Notes under the pieces: generated by a model
Database searches by the model: none
Seen by the model: the letters and a program-made list of their open reading frames with translations, nothing else
Told to the model about the DNA's origin: nothing
In this document: positions 46,268 through 54,893 of the stretch, in pieces
Position numbering within the stretch: the stretch's first letter is position 1
Layout: the number at the start of each line of letters is the position of its first letter
Position numbers and translations under genes: made by a program
Assembly: GCA_003670735.1 (NCBI GenBank)
Contig: QWQU01000003.1
Location: forward strand, 1-54,893
Length of the DNA: 54,893 bases
Direction: 5' to 3'
Source of the DNA: Chloroflexota bacterium
GTDB lineage: Bacteria > Chloroflexota > Dehalococcoidia > UBA2979

Positions 46268-47395
46268 ATGCGCATCCTCGTCTGCCCGCAGGAGTTCAAA
46301 GGCTCGCTGACCGCGAGCGAGGCTGCGCAGGCGATCGCAGCCGGACTCCGGGATGCGCTGCCCGACGCAGAGCTCGAGTTGCTGCCGATGGCGGACGGCG
46401 GGCCAGGCACGGTAGAGATCGTCTACGCAGCAGCCGGCGGCACGCTGGTCACCTCGGAGGTGCGAGGCCCGCTCGGTGCACCTGTGCAGGCGACATTCGG
46501 GCTGCTGGGCGGCGAGCCCCCTCGCGCGATCGTCGAGGCAGCCGCCGCGGCCGGGCTCCTGCTGCTGCACCCGCACGAGCGACAGCCAACACACGCCTCG
46601 ACGTACGGCGTCGGGCAGCAGATTGCAGCCGCGATCGAGGCCGGTACACGCGAGGTGATCGTCGGAGTCGGTGGCACAGCGACGAACGACGGCGGGGCCG
46701 GCGCATTGCAGGCGCTTGGCGTACGTCTGCTCGATGCCGACGGGCATGAGCTTGGGCCGGGGCCACTGGAACTGTCACGCCTCGACCGCATCGATGCGTC
46801 AGGTGTGACACCCGAGGTACGTGAGACCAGACTGCGGGTGGCCGTCGACGTGCGGAATCCACTGCTCGGACCGGCAGGAGCGACGGCGATCTACGGGCCT
46901 CAGAAGGGCGTGACGCCTGAGTTCGGCGACATGATCGAGGCGGCACTGGAGCACTGGGTCGCGATGCTCGCGCGGGACCTCGGCGTCGTCGCGACCGGGC
47001 TCGAGGGCGGCGGTGCAGGGGGTGGGCTCCCGGCAGGACTCGCCGCCCTGCCTTCCACTGTTGGGGGCGCGGTGGTCGAGGGCGGCGCAGTGCTGGTGGG
47101 CGAGGCGGTCGGGCTCGACGCGGCAATCGCACGAGCCGACCTCGTGGTCACGGTCGAGGGGAGCCTCGACGCGCAAACCGGGTACGGCAAGACCGTCAGC
47201 TATGTCGCTGAACGTGCGGCCTTCCTGCGGGTGCCGTGCATCGCGGTAGCCGGCGTGGTCGCCTCGCTGCCCGAGGGCGTGCGCGATGCCGAGGCGGCTC
47301 AGCCGGACGGCGTGGCGAGCGAGGACGCGATGGCGCGGGCTGCCGAACTCGTGCGCGAGGCAGCGGCACGGCTCGGGCGACGGGTGGCTGGCTAG
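46268..47395 (+). CDS. Glycerate kinase (GlxK/GarK family)
   Basis: P.EFKGSL, PMADGG.GT, STYGVG, GGTATNDGGAG, DV.NPLLG..GA...YGPQKG, GAGGG. Confidence 0.93.
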   Translation: MRILVCPQEFKGSLTASEAAQAIAAGLRDALPDAELELLPMADGGPGTVEIVYAAAGGTLVTSEVRGPLGAPVQATFGLLGGEPPRAIVEAAAAAGLLLLHPHERQPTHASTYGVGQQIAAAIEAGTREVIVGVGGTATNDGGAGALQALGVRLLDADGHELGPGPLELSRLDRIDASGVTPEVRETRLRVAVDVRNPLLGPAGATAIYGPQKGVTPEFGDMIEAALEHWVAMLARDLGVVATGLEGGGAGGGLPAGLAALPSTVGGAVVEGGAVLVGEAVGLDAAIARADLVVTVEGSLDAQTGYGKTVSYVAERAAFLRVPCIAVAGVVASLPEGVRDAEAAQPDGVASEDAMARAAELVREAAARLGRRVAG

Positions 47396-47754
47396 CCCAT
47401 TCCGAGTGCCGTGAGCCGATCATCGTCGATGCCGAAGTAGTGCGCGAGCTCGTGGCGGACGGTCTTCTGCACCTCGCGTGGGATGTCGCGCGGGTGGAAG
47501 CCTCGTTCGAGTGGGCCCTGGTAGATCACGATGCGGTCGGGCAGCGCCTGGAGTGCGCCGGAGCGCTCCGGCAGCGGGACGCCGACGTACAAGCCAAAGA
47601 GATCGTCACCCGGCTCGATGCCCGCAGTCTGGAGGTCGGCGCGGGAGGGCTCGCGCTCGACCACGATCGCGATGTTGTCGAGCGACGCGGACACCTCGGG
47701 CGGCAATCCGTCGAGGGCGCGCTGGACTAGGCGGCGGAAGCGGGCTCGATCCAT
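47392..47754 (-). CDS. Zincin-like metallopeptidase family protein (Zincin_1)
   Basis: LFGLYVGVPL.ER, PDRIVIYQ.P, TVRHELAHYFGIDDDRL. Confidence 0.9.
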   Translation of the reverse strand: MDRARFRRLVQRALDGLPPEVSASLDNIAIVVEREPSRADLQTAGIEPGDDLFGLYVGVPLPERSGALQALPDRIVIYQGPLERGFHPRDIPREVQKTVRHELAHYFGIDDDRLTALGMG

Positions 47755-47883
47755 TGATTGCAATTTCCTGATGATTCGCGAGGACGGGAGGGTACACCTG
47801 TGCATCCCCGGCACCCGTCCGATGATTGCCCATACGGGAATCCCCTACGGGTTCCGCGCTGAGGTCGCTGAAAGGAGGCGGTC

Positions 47884-48348
47884 ATGCTCTTCCGTATGCT
47901 CAACCGCTTCCGCGAAGACCCGCTGCGCGCCCAGATCGAGGAGTCGATTGCCGCCGGCACGGGCCTGCGCAAAGGCGAATGGCTCCTCCCTGAGGACAGT
48001 CAGACTCCCGAAGACCTGCGCGAGACTGCCGAGACGATTGTCGCGTGGTGCCGTGAGCAGATGACCGGGACAAAGAAGCCGTACGGCGTCGACCAGCTGG
48101 CGCTGGCGGTCGCGTGCGCGGTACCGGGCGGGACGCCGATTGCCTCGGCGACGTTCGGGGTATTCCGGCCGATTGATTTCCACCGCGAGGACGGCATCGC
48201 CTCGCGCGTGCTGGCGTTCGTCGAAGGGCTCGCACTGGACGAGCAGCCGCGGGAGACGCCACTGCGCTTCGCGGCCGCGCTCTTCTCGTGGGGCGATGTC
48301 GCTCGAGACACGATCTACCGCGACGAGCACGAGTCAGCCGCCGGCTAA
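47884..48348 (+). CDS. Hypothetical protein
   Basis: AAGGAGG RBS, coding-like bias, no recognised motif. Confidence 0.75.
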   Translation: MLFRMLNRFREDPLRAQIEESIAAGTGLRKGEWLLPEDSQTPEDLRETAETIVAWCREQMTGTKKPYGVDQLALAVACAVPGGTPIASATFGVFRPIDFHREDGIASRVLAFVEGLALDEQPRETPLRFAAALFSWGDVARDTIYRDEHESAAG

Positions 48349-48423
48349 TGCGCCGCTGGCTCTTCGCCTAGCGGCTCATCGGGGCCGACGGCTGCTACTT
48401 CATTCACTCAGGTTGAGGATTCG

Positions 48424-48648
48424 CTAGCGGACGGCGTCCGAGGCGATCGACTCGGCGATCTGCTGAATCATGCCGCCCTCGGCGGCGAGCGCCGCGCAGA
48501 CGCGCAGCAACTCCTCCAGCTCGAGTGTCCGGTCCTGGGGCACGCCCGCGACGCGGGAGGCCCGGTTCAAGACCGCGCGTGCGTCTGAGCTTGAGGTGAC
48601 CACCTTGATGTGGTCGGCCAGCTCTTCGATCGTCCGTACCTGTGCCAT
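48424..48648 (-). CDS. Small helical hypothetical protein (74 aa)
   Basis: AGAGGA RBS; amphipathic helices. Confidence 0.7.
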   Translation of the reverse strand: MAQVRTIEELADHIKVVTSSSDARAVLNRASRVAGVPQDRTLELEELLRVCAALAAEGGMIQQIAESIASDAVR

Positions 48649-48804
48649 CGTCGTTTCCTCTGGGCTCCGGTGGGGGGCTCACGGGAATGCTCGGTGCTCG
48701 GGAGCACGAGCCCGATGCGGGAACCCCCTCGGATCTGCCCGGCGAATCACGCATCACGGCTCGATGTTTGACCCGGTAGCGAGCGCGCTCCGACAATCCG
48801 CGAC

Positions 48805-49977
48805 GTGCCAACTATCTTTCGGCCCACTACTCATCACACTCGCCTGATTGCCAGCCTCATGCTGGCCGTGCTCGTTGCACTCGCTGCGATGGGGTGCGGC
48901 GCGCGACGCGGAGAGACGTCCACGCCGACCGCGACACCTCGCGCGACCACCGGGCAGCCTCGTGCGTATCGCATGGGGTTCTCCGCGCTGCCGACGACGC
49001 TCACTGATCAGGCGCAGCAAGACGCGTTCGACCTGGGTGCGAAGTACGGCGACGTACTGCTGCTGCAGAAGCCGGTCGCGTGGAGCGAGTTCGCAGCCGG
49101 CGGCACGCCATCGACGAAGACGCGCATGCAAACCGCGAGCGAGCGCGATCACGCGCAAGCACGTGGGCTGCATCTGTTCATCGCGCTTGACCCGTTCGAC
49201 CCCGCGGATCGAGGACGCCTCGCATCACCGCCGGCGGGGAGCGAGACGCGTGACCTCAGCGATCCATCACTACGCAGTGCGCTGGTGGCGCAGGCGAAGT
49301 ACGTCGCGATCAACTACAAACCGACCTACCTCGCGATCGGCGTCGAGGTGAACGGCACGTACGAGCGCAATCCCACGCAGTACCAGAAATTCGTAGAGGC
49401 CTACCGCGAGGCGTACTCCGCCGCGAAGTCCGCATCACCGAACACGATGGTGTTCCCGACATTCGAGTACGAACAGCTGCTCGGCCTCGTGCCGTGGGAA
49501 GCACCGCATCCGCCGCGCTGGGAACTGCTGCGCGACTTCGGGGAGCGCTCCGACATGTTCGCGATCTCGACGTATCCGTCGTTCACGTACTCGGTCGCAC
49601 GCAAGGTGCCGCCTGACTACTACCGACAGATCAAGGATCAGACGAAGCTGCCGGTCGCGTTCGCATCGGCTGGTTACGCATCGGCACCGGGCCGCGATGG
49701 CGTGAACTCCTCGACGCCCGATGAGCAGCGGCGCTTCTTGCAGCGACTGCTCGGCGATGCGGATGCGCTCGCATCACCACTCGTGATCTGGTTCCTTCGC
49801 CAGGACGCGAACCACCTGACGGCGCCACCGTTCGATCTGTTCCAGAGCATCGGGCTGGTCGATCTCAAGGGGATCAACAAGCAGGCCTGGCCGATCTGGG
49901 AGTCCGCCTCGATGCGGCCGTATGACTCATCGACACCGGCGAAGGAGCCGACGCCGGATCCGTCCAGCACGCCGTAG
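48805..49977 (+). CDS. Secreted or lipoprotein glycoside-hydrolase-like TIM barrel (clan GH-A-like)
   Basis: Signal peptide ending LAAMGC; YLAIGVEVN, AYREAY.AAK..SP...VFP.F, D.FAISTYP, LPVAF..AGY, SIGL.D..G..K.A. Confidence 0.7.
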   Translation: MPTIFRPTTHHTRLIASLMLAVLVALAAMGCGARRGETSTPTATPRATTGQPRAYRMGFSALPTTLTDQAQQDAFDLGAKYGDVLLLQKPVAWSEFAAGGTPSTKTRMQTASERDHAQARGLHLFIALDPFDPADRGRLASPPAGSETRDLSDPSLRSALVAQAKYVAINYKPTYLAIGVEVNGTYERNPTQYQKFVEAYREAYSAAKSASPNTMVFPTFEYEQLLGLVPWEAPHPPRWELLRDFGERSDMFAISTYPSFTYSVARKVPPDYYRQIKDQTKLPVAFASAGYASAPGRDGVNSSTPDEQRRFLQRLLGDADALASPLVIWFLRQDANHLTAPPFDLFQSIGLVDLKGINKQAWPIWESASMRPYDSSTPAKEPTPDPSSTP

Positions 49978-50072
49978 CGGCGCGGCAGCGCCTTTCGCCC
50001 AGCTCCTTGATCGATCTGTCTCATCTCGCATGCGCGGACGCATGCCGTATGCGACACATCCGGACGAAATGA

Positions 50073-50099
50073 AAGAACCCCGGCCAGGCCGGGGTTCTT
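50073..50099. terminator. Bidirectional terminator
   Basis: AAGAACCCCGGCC-A-GGCCGGGGTTCTT with A/T-rich flanks. Confidence 0.8.
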
Positions 50100-50119
50100 G
50101 TTGTGTGACGGTGCGCCTA

Positions 50120-50335
50120 TTAGTAGGTGCAGCCGTTCTTGTCGAGCTCGGCCTTGGTCTCGGAGATCTGGCCCTCGAGCTCCTCGGCGCCGACGTTGCG
50201 GTCGGTGCCGGCACTCGGCATGTCCTTCGACCCCAGCGGCTTGATGTCGAGCGGCTTGGCGATCTTGAGACGGGTCTCGAGGTTCTGCAGCTTCGAGCGG
50301 AGCTGGGCGCAGACGACGTTGTTGGTGGTAGTCAT
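50120..50335 (-). CDS. Small coiled-coil hypothetical protein (71 aa)
   Basis: GGGAGG RBS, strong G/C third-position bias, tandem stops TAA TAG. Confidence 0.8.
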   Translation of the reverse strand: MTTTNNVVCAQLRSKLQNLETRLKIAKPLDIKPLGSKDMPSAGTDRNVGAEELEGQISETKAELDKNGCTY

Positions 50336-50508
50336 GGGGATCCTCCCTCGGAACACTCGGCACTGGACTGGCGGGGCGGAGTCTACCTCGCACGGAAGGT
50401 TTTAGGTCAAACGTTATGGCGAGATCTCGGGAAATTTGCGAACGAGTTCGCTGAACCGAGGCTGGCGACGCGCGCTAGAGTGGCGCGCGAGTACGGCGAG
50501 GTGCCTCG

Positions 50509-51288
50509 ATGACCAATGAAATCGCGCAGATCGGCTTTGCGGCATCCAGCTCTGTCTACGAGCGGGGACGGCCGGACTACCCGGCGACCGTGATCGACGG
50601 GCTGATGGCGACGCTACGACTCGGCTCGACGAGCCGGCTACTGGACCTGGCTACCGGGACGGGCAAGCTCGCGCGCGGGTTCATCGGGCGAGTCGACCTC
50701 GTCGCGGCCGAGCCGGCGGCGGAGATGCGCACCGAGTTCGCGCGCATCCAGCCTGGTGTGCCGGTCGTGGGCTCCGTGGGCGAGGTGCTGCCGTTCGCGG
50801 ACGGCTCGCTCGACGCGGTGACGATTGGGACAGCGTTCCACTGGTTCGACGGGCCGGTCGCGGTGCGCGAGCTGCACCGGGTGCTGAAGCCGGGCGGGCG
50901 GGTGGCGCTGCTGTGGCTACAGCGAGATGAGTCCGAGGGTTGGGTGAACGACCTCGTGCGCCTCGTGGACACGTACCGGCCGGCGAATGCTCGGCGCTAT
51001 GCGGAGACGCCGTGGCAGGGTGCGTGGGACACGACCGACGAAGCAGGTCAGCGCCTGTTCACACCGCTCGAGTTTGCACAGACGGCGTTCGAGCAGCCGC
51101 TCGACCGTGAGTCGGTCGTGCAGCGCACGGCCTCGACGTCGTTCGTGGCGGCGATGGAACCGGAGCGACGCGCCGAGGTGCTCGAGCGCGTACGTGACCT
51201 GCTCGACACCCACGAGGCGACGCGCGGCCGCGAGGTGATCGGCATTCCGCACCAGGCCGAGGTGTACTGGGCCGAACGACTGGATTAG
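50509..51288 (+). CDS. Class I SAM-dependent methyltransferase
   Basis: YERGRPDYP, LLDLATGTGK, EP...M, D.V....AFHWFD, RVLKPGG. Confidence 0.92.
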   Translation: MTNEIAQIGFAASSSVYERGRPDYPATVIDGLMATLRLGSTSRLLDLATGTGKLARGFIGRVDLVAAEPAAEMRTEFARIQPGVPVVGSVGEVLPFADGSLDAVTIGTAFHWFDGPVAVRELHRVLKPGGRVALLWLQRDESEGWVNDLVRLVDTYRPANARRYAETPWQGAWDTTDEAGQRLFTPLEFAQTAFEQPLDRESVVQRTASTSFVAAMEPERRAEVLERVRDLLDTHEATRGREVIGIPHQAEVYWAERLD

Positions 51289-51359
51289 CCCCACGAGTGC
51301 TCTGCGATCGCGGATGATGCGCGCGCGTACTCATCCCACATCACTGACTGGGGCATCCG

Positions 51360-52490
51360 GTGATCGCTCGCACCTCCTCGCGCCGCGGGATCGCGGCACT
51401 CGTACTCACGTGCCTGCTCATGTTCGGGATACGCGGAGAGGCGTTCGCTGCCGGGCCCGAGGAGCTACAAGGCTCGCTGCCGGCAACCGGGGGCATCTCG
51501 ATTGCCGTGTGGAACGGCGGGCCTGTCGCACGGCTGCGCGCGGCGGCACTCGAGCGCGGGTGCGCGGTCTCCTCGATCTGGGTGGAGAGCAACGGCGGCC
51601 TGATCGGCTACGTGCCGGGTGCGCCCACGGTGGTGAACCAGGCGTTCACGGCGAAGTACAAGGTCGGCGGGTTCCCGACGCCGACGCCGGTGCTGCCGGT
51701 CGGGACGGCAGCGGTGCTGATCTGCCAGGCGAGCACGGGGCCTGCTCGGGTGAACGGGATGCCCTCGACGGTCTCGTTCACCATCGACGCGGGCGTCTCC
51801 ACGACGGATGAGACGTGGATTCGCAATGGCTCGGCGATCGCGGAGGACTACCTGCGGAACGTGTACGGGGGCGGGCTGACGGCGTTGGACAGCATCAAGG
51901 TGCACGCCGATGGCACGGGCGCCGCGATCACCGGGGCTGGCATCCAGGCGACCTCGTGCAGCACGACGAACGTCGGGATCGTGAACTACTCGACGACGCA
52001 TGCGGACTGGATCGCAGCCGGGACGTTCGTACAGCCATTCGGCTTCGACCCTCGGGTGGCGGTGCCGGCGCATGAGTACTTCCACCTCTGGCAGATCGAG
52101 GTCGGCTGCATCAATACGCAGATTCCGTCCTGGATGACCGAGGGGATGGCGGAATACCTCAGCTTCCAGGCCGTGCAGCGGCGGGACGGGCTGATCTCGG
52201 ACGATCAGCGGCGGCGCTACGAGTACTACGGGGCGTCCGGGGTGCCGAGCAGCGCGACGCTGCAGTCGATGGAGACGCGGGCCGGGATGTTCAAGTACCC
52301 GGGCTCGTACAGCCTTGCCGACCTCGGGTTCCAGCAGCTGCTCAAGGGCCAGCGGGCCGAGGCGATGCGGGAGTTCTGCGTGGACGTGGCCGGCGGGAAG
52401 ACGTGGCAAACCTCGTTCGCGGCGCGGTTCGGGCAGACCCCGGAGGCGTTCTACACAGCATTCGAGGCAACCCGGAGCTCGTTTAGGTAA
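51360..52490 (+). CDS. Secreted protein: N-terminal ~85-aa domain plus gluzincin-like peptidase domain
   Basis: Signal peptide ending EAFA; AHEYFHLWQ...PSWMTEGMAEY; W..SF...FG.T...FY..F. Confidence 0.8.
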   Translation: MIARTSSRRGIAALVLTCLLMFGIRGEAFAAGPEELQGSLPATGGISIAVWNGGPVARLRAAALERGCAVSSIWVESNGGLIGYVPGAPTVVNQAFTAKYKVGGFPTPTPVLPVGTAAVLICQASTGPARVNGMPSTVSFTIDAGVSTTDETWIRNGSAIAEDYLRNVYGGGLTALDSIKVHADGTGAAITGAGIQATSCSTTNVGIVNYSTTHADWIAAGTFVQPFGFDPRVAVPAHEYFHLWQIEVGCINTQIPSWMTEGMAEYLSFQAVQRRDGLISDDQRRRYEYYGASGVPSSATLQSMETRAGMFKYPGSYSLADLGFQQLLKGQRAEAMREFCVDVAGGKTWQTSFAARFGQTPEAFYTAFEATRSSFR

Positions 52491-52776
52491 CAACAGGACA
52501 CATTATTAGCCGCGAGTTACTCGGGTAGCCGAGTGCCACGGAATTGTTGATGCTACCTCGTGGTATCAGTACGGTTTACTTTCGTCCTACGCGCCTTTAT
52601 CCTCGATACAACGTTGGCCGCGGTCATTTCACAGGGCTAGGAACCAAATCACGCCGGTTCGGCAAAGCGGAAGCATGCCGTCCGGTTTCGTGTGTGTTCC
52701 CTGTTCGTCCCCTGCCGTCCCCGTGGCTTGCAGCTGTTTCCGCATTCGCTGCCGTGTCTAGCCTCGGAGGGCCATT

Positions 52777-54893
52777 TTGGCAACCGACCGGCGCATCGTG
52801 CGCTCTTTCCGTCGGGTCCCGACCACAGTCAAGCAGTACGGCTCAGCACCATCGGTGCTGGACATGCCGCACCTGATCGAGATGCCTCGACAGGCGTACG
52901 ACCGTTTCCTGCGGGACGGCCTGCGCGAGCTGTTCGACGAGATCTCGCCGATCACCGACTTCACCGGTACCCGGATGAAGCTGGAGTTCGGTGAGTACCG
53001 CCTCGAAGAGGCGAAGTGGAGCGAGCGGGAGTGCCGCCAGCGCGACGCGACCTACAGCGCTCCGCTGCGTGTGCGCTCGGCGCTCACGATTCTCGAGACC
53101 GGCGAGATCAAGGAGCAGGACCTCTTCCTGGGTGACCTGCCCCTGATGACGACCAACGGCACGTTCATCATCAACGGCGCCGAGCGCGTCGTTGTGTCGC
53201 AGCTCGTGCGATCGCCAGGTGTGTACTTCACCGCCTCGCCCGACCCGGCAACGGGTCGCCGGCTGACGGCGGCGAAGCTGATCCCGAACCGTGGTGCCTG
53301 GCTTGAGTTCGAGACGTCCAACAAGGACGTGCTGTCGGTGAAGGTCGACCGCAAGCGCAAGATCCCGGTCACGGTGCTGCTGCGCGCGATCGACATGCAG
53401 GACGAGAGTATCCCCGAGGACGAGCGCGGGACGAACGACCGCATCCTTGAGTGGTTCAAGGACATCGACACCAACGAGGACCACAAGTACATCGAGGCGA
53501 CGCTCGCGAAGGACTCGACGGAGAACCGTCGTCAGGCCCTCGAAGAGTTCTACCGCCGCCTCCGCCCTGGAGACCCGCCGACGGCGGACAACGCTCGCTC
53601 TTTGCTGGAGCAGCTGTTCTTCAGCGACCGCCGTTACGACCTGGGTCGTGTCGGCCGCTACAAGGCGAACAAGCAGCTGTCGCTGGTTGACGCGCCGACG
53701 GTTCGCACGCTGCGGCCGGCGGACATCATCGCGATCATCAAGAAGCTGATCCTGGTCAACAACGGCAAGGGTCAGCCGGACGACATCGACCACCTGGGCA
53801 ACCGCCGCGTGCGCGCGGTCGGTGAGCTGATCCAGAACCAGTTCCGCGTCGGCCTGCTCCGCATGGAGCGCGTCGTGCGCGAGCGTATGACGATCACCGA
53901 CCCGGAAGAGACGACGCCATCGGCGCTCGTGAACATCCGCCCGGTCGTGGCCGCCATGAAGGAGTTCTTCGGCGGCTCACAGCTGTCGCAGTTCATGGAC
54001 CAGACGAACCCGCTGGCTGAGCTGGCGCACAAGCGCCGCCTGTCGGCCCTTGGCCCCGGTGGTCTCTCGCGAGACCGCGCCGGGTTCGACGTCCGCGACG
54101 TCCACTTCAGCCACTACGGCCGCATCTGCCCGATCGAGACCCCAGAAGGTCCGAACATCGGCCTGATCGGCAACCTGGCGGCGTACGGTCGCGTAAACGA
54201 CTTCGGCTTCATTGAGACGCCGTACCGCCCCGTGCTGCACGAGGTTGGTACGCGCAGCGCTGAGCTCGTTGGCCGCTTCCTCGCGGAGGAGGTCAAGGAC
54301 GGCTCTGGCAAGGTGATCGGCAAGGACGGCCAGCAGGTCGACGCGGCGATGGCTGCGGCACTAGCGAACGCGGCAAACGACCGCATCGCGGTGCTGCCGT
54401 TCGCCTCGACGGAGACGGCCTACCTCGACGCACACTCGGAGGAGCCGCTGCGCATCGCGCAGGCGAACACCGCACTGGACGAGCACGGCAACATCATCGC
54501 CGCGCGCGTCGAGGTGCGGCACGGCGAGCACCCGCGGATGGTGCTGCCGATCGAAGTCGATTACATGGACGTGTCGCCCCTCCAGATGGTGTCGGTGGCG
54601 GCTGCGCTCATTCCGTTCCTTGAGCACGACGACGCCAACCGCGCCCTGATGGGCGCCAACATGCAGCGGCAGGCTGTGCCGCTGCTGCGCCCCGAGGTGC
54701 CGCTGGTCGGCACGAGCATGGAGCGCCAGGTCGCGATCGACTCCGGCCAGGTCCTGCTCGCTGAGGAGGACGGCGAGATCACCTCGTCGACCGCCAACTT
54801 CATCTCGGTGAAGTACCAGTCGGGCCGCGAGGTGCGCTACCCGCTGCTGAAGTTCGTGCGCTCCAACCAGGGCACCTGCATCACGCAGCGCCC
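52777..54893 (+). CDS. rpoB: RNA polymerase subunit beta (partial, runs off the right edge)
   Basis: TTG 52777 after GGAGG; [81 protein letters not shown]. Confidence 0.98.
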   Translation, partial: MATDRRIVRSFRRVPTTVKQYGSAPSVLDMPHLIEMPRQAYDRFLRDGLRELFDEISPITDFTGTRMKLEFGEYRLEEAKWSERECRQRDATYSAPLRVRSALTILETGEIKEQDLFLGDLPLMTTNGTFIINGAERVVVSQLVRSPGVYFTASPDPATGRRLTAAKLIPNRGAWLEFETSNKDVLSVKVDRKRKIPVTVLLRAIDMQDESIPEDERGTNDRILEWFKDIDTNEDHKYIEATLAKDSTENRRQALEEFYRRLRPGDPPTADNARSLLEQLFFSDRRYDLGRVGRYKANKQLSLVDAPTVRTLRPADIIAIIKKLILVNNGKGQPDDIDHLGNRRVRAVGELIQNQFRVGLLRMERVVRERMTITDPEETTPSALVNIRPVVAAMKEFFGGSQLSQFMDQTNPLAELAHKRRLSALGPGGLSRDRAGFDVRDVHFSHYGRICPIETPEGPNIGLIGNLAAYGRVNDFGFIETPYRPVLHEVGTRSAELVGRFLAEEVKDGSGKVIGKDGQQVDAAMAAALANAANDRIAVLPFASTETAYLDAHSEEPLRIAQANTALDEHGNIIAARVEVRHGEHPRMVLPIEVDYMDVSPLQMVSVAAALIPFLEHDDANRALMGANMQRQAVPLLRPEVPLVGTSMERQVAIDSGQVLLAEEDGEITSSTANFISVKYQSGREVRYPLLKFVRSNQGTCITQR

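Noticed and set aside
47768-47800. CTGATGA resembling a hammerhead ribozyme core or C/D box
   Set aside because: No GAAA after a stem II and no supporting stems.

Overview
GC-rich bacterial chromosomal segment. Gene content and an AGAAC-N4-GTTC(T/G) LexA box suggest Chloroflexota, probably Dehalococcoidia-like (inference). It is mostly housekeeping: ileS under an Ile T-box, murJ, rpsT, rodZ-like/rimO, scpB, thpR, fabF, folC, a four-enzyme fructose-bisphosphate cluster, rdgB-moaA-moaC, proBA, a split transketolase, glycerate kinase and the 5' part of rpoB. No rRNA, tRNA, CRISPR array or transposase was recognised. The most interesting signals lie in gaps the ORF track misses. (1) A tandem pair of paralogous ~40-aa microprotein genes (15664-16254) share a 14-nt leader motif that can pair with the sequence just after each stop codon, and one sits behind a CsoR-like operator. 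(2) A Doc toxin gene has its only internal stop at the exact centre of a 29-bp quasi-palindrome, next to a 39-aa antitoxin-like ORF. (3) There is a stand-alone 54-aa B-box-type zinc-finger ORF. (4) A stand-alone NrdJ-like Zn-ribbon gene lies behind two LexA boxes. (5) Two secreted proteins share a ~80-aa domain. (6) An attenuator-like leader and many apparently leaderless genes are present. All calls are by eye; no database searches were run.
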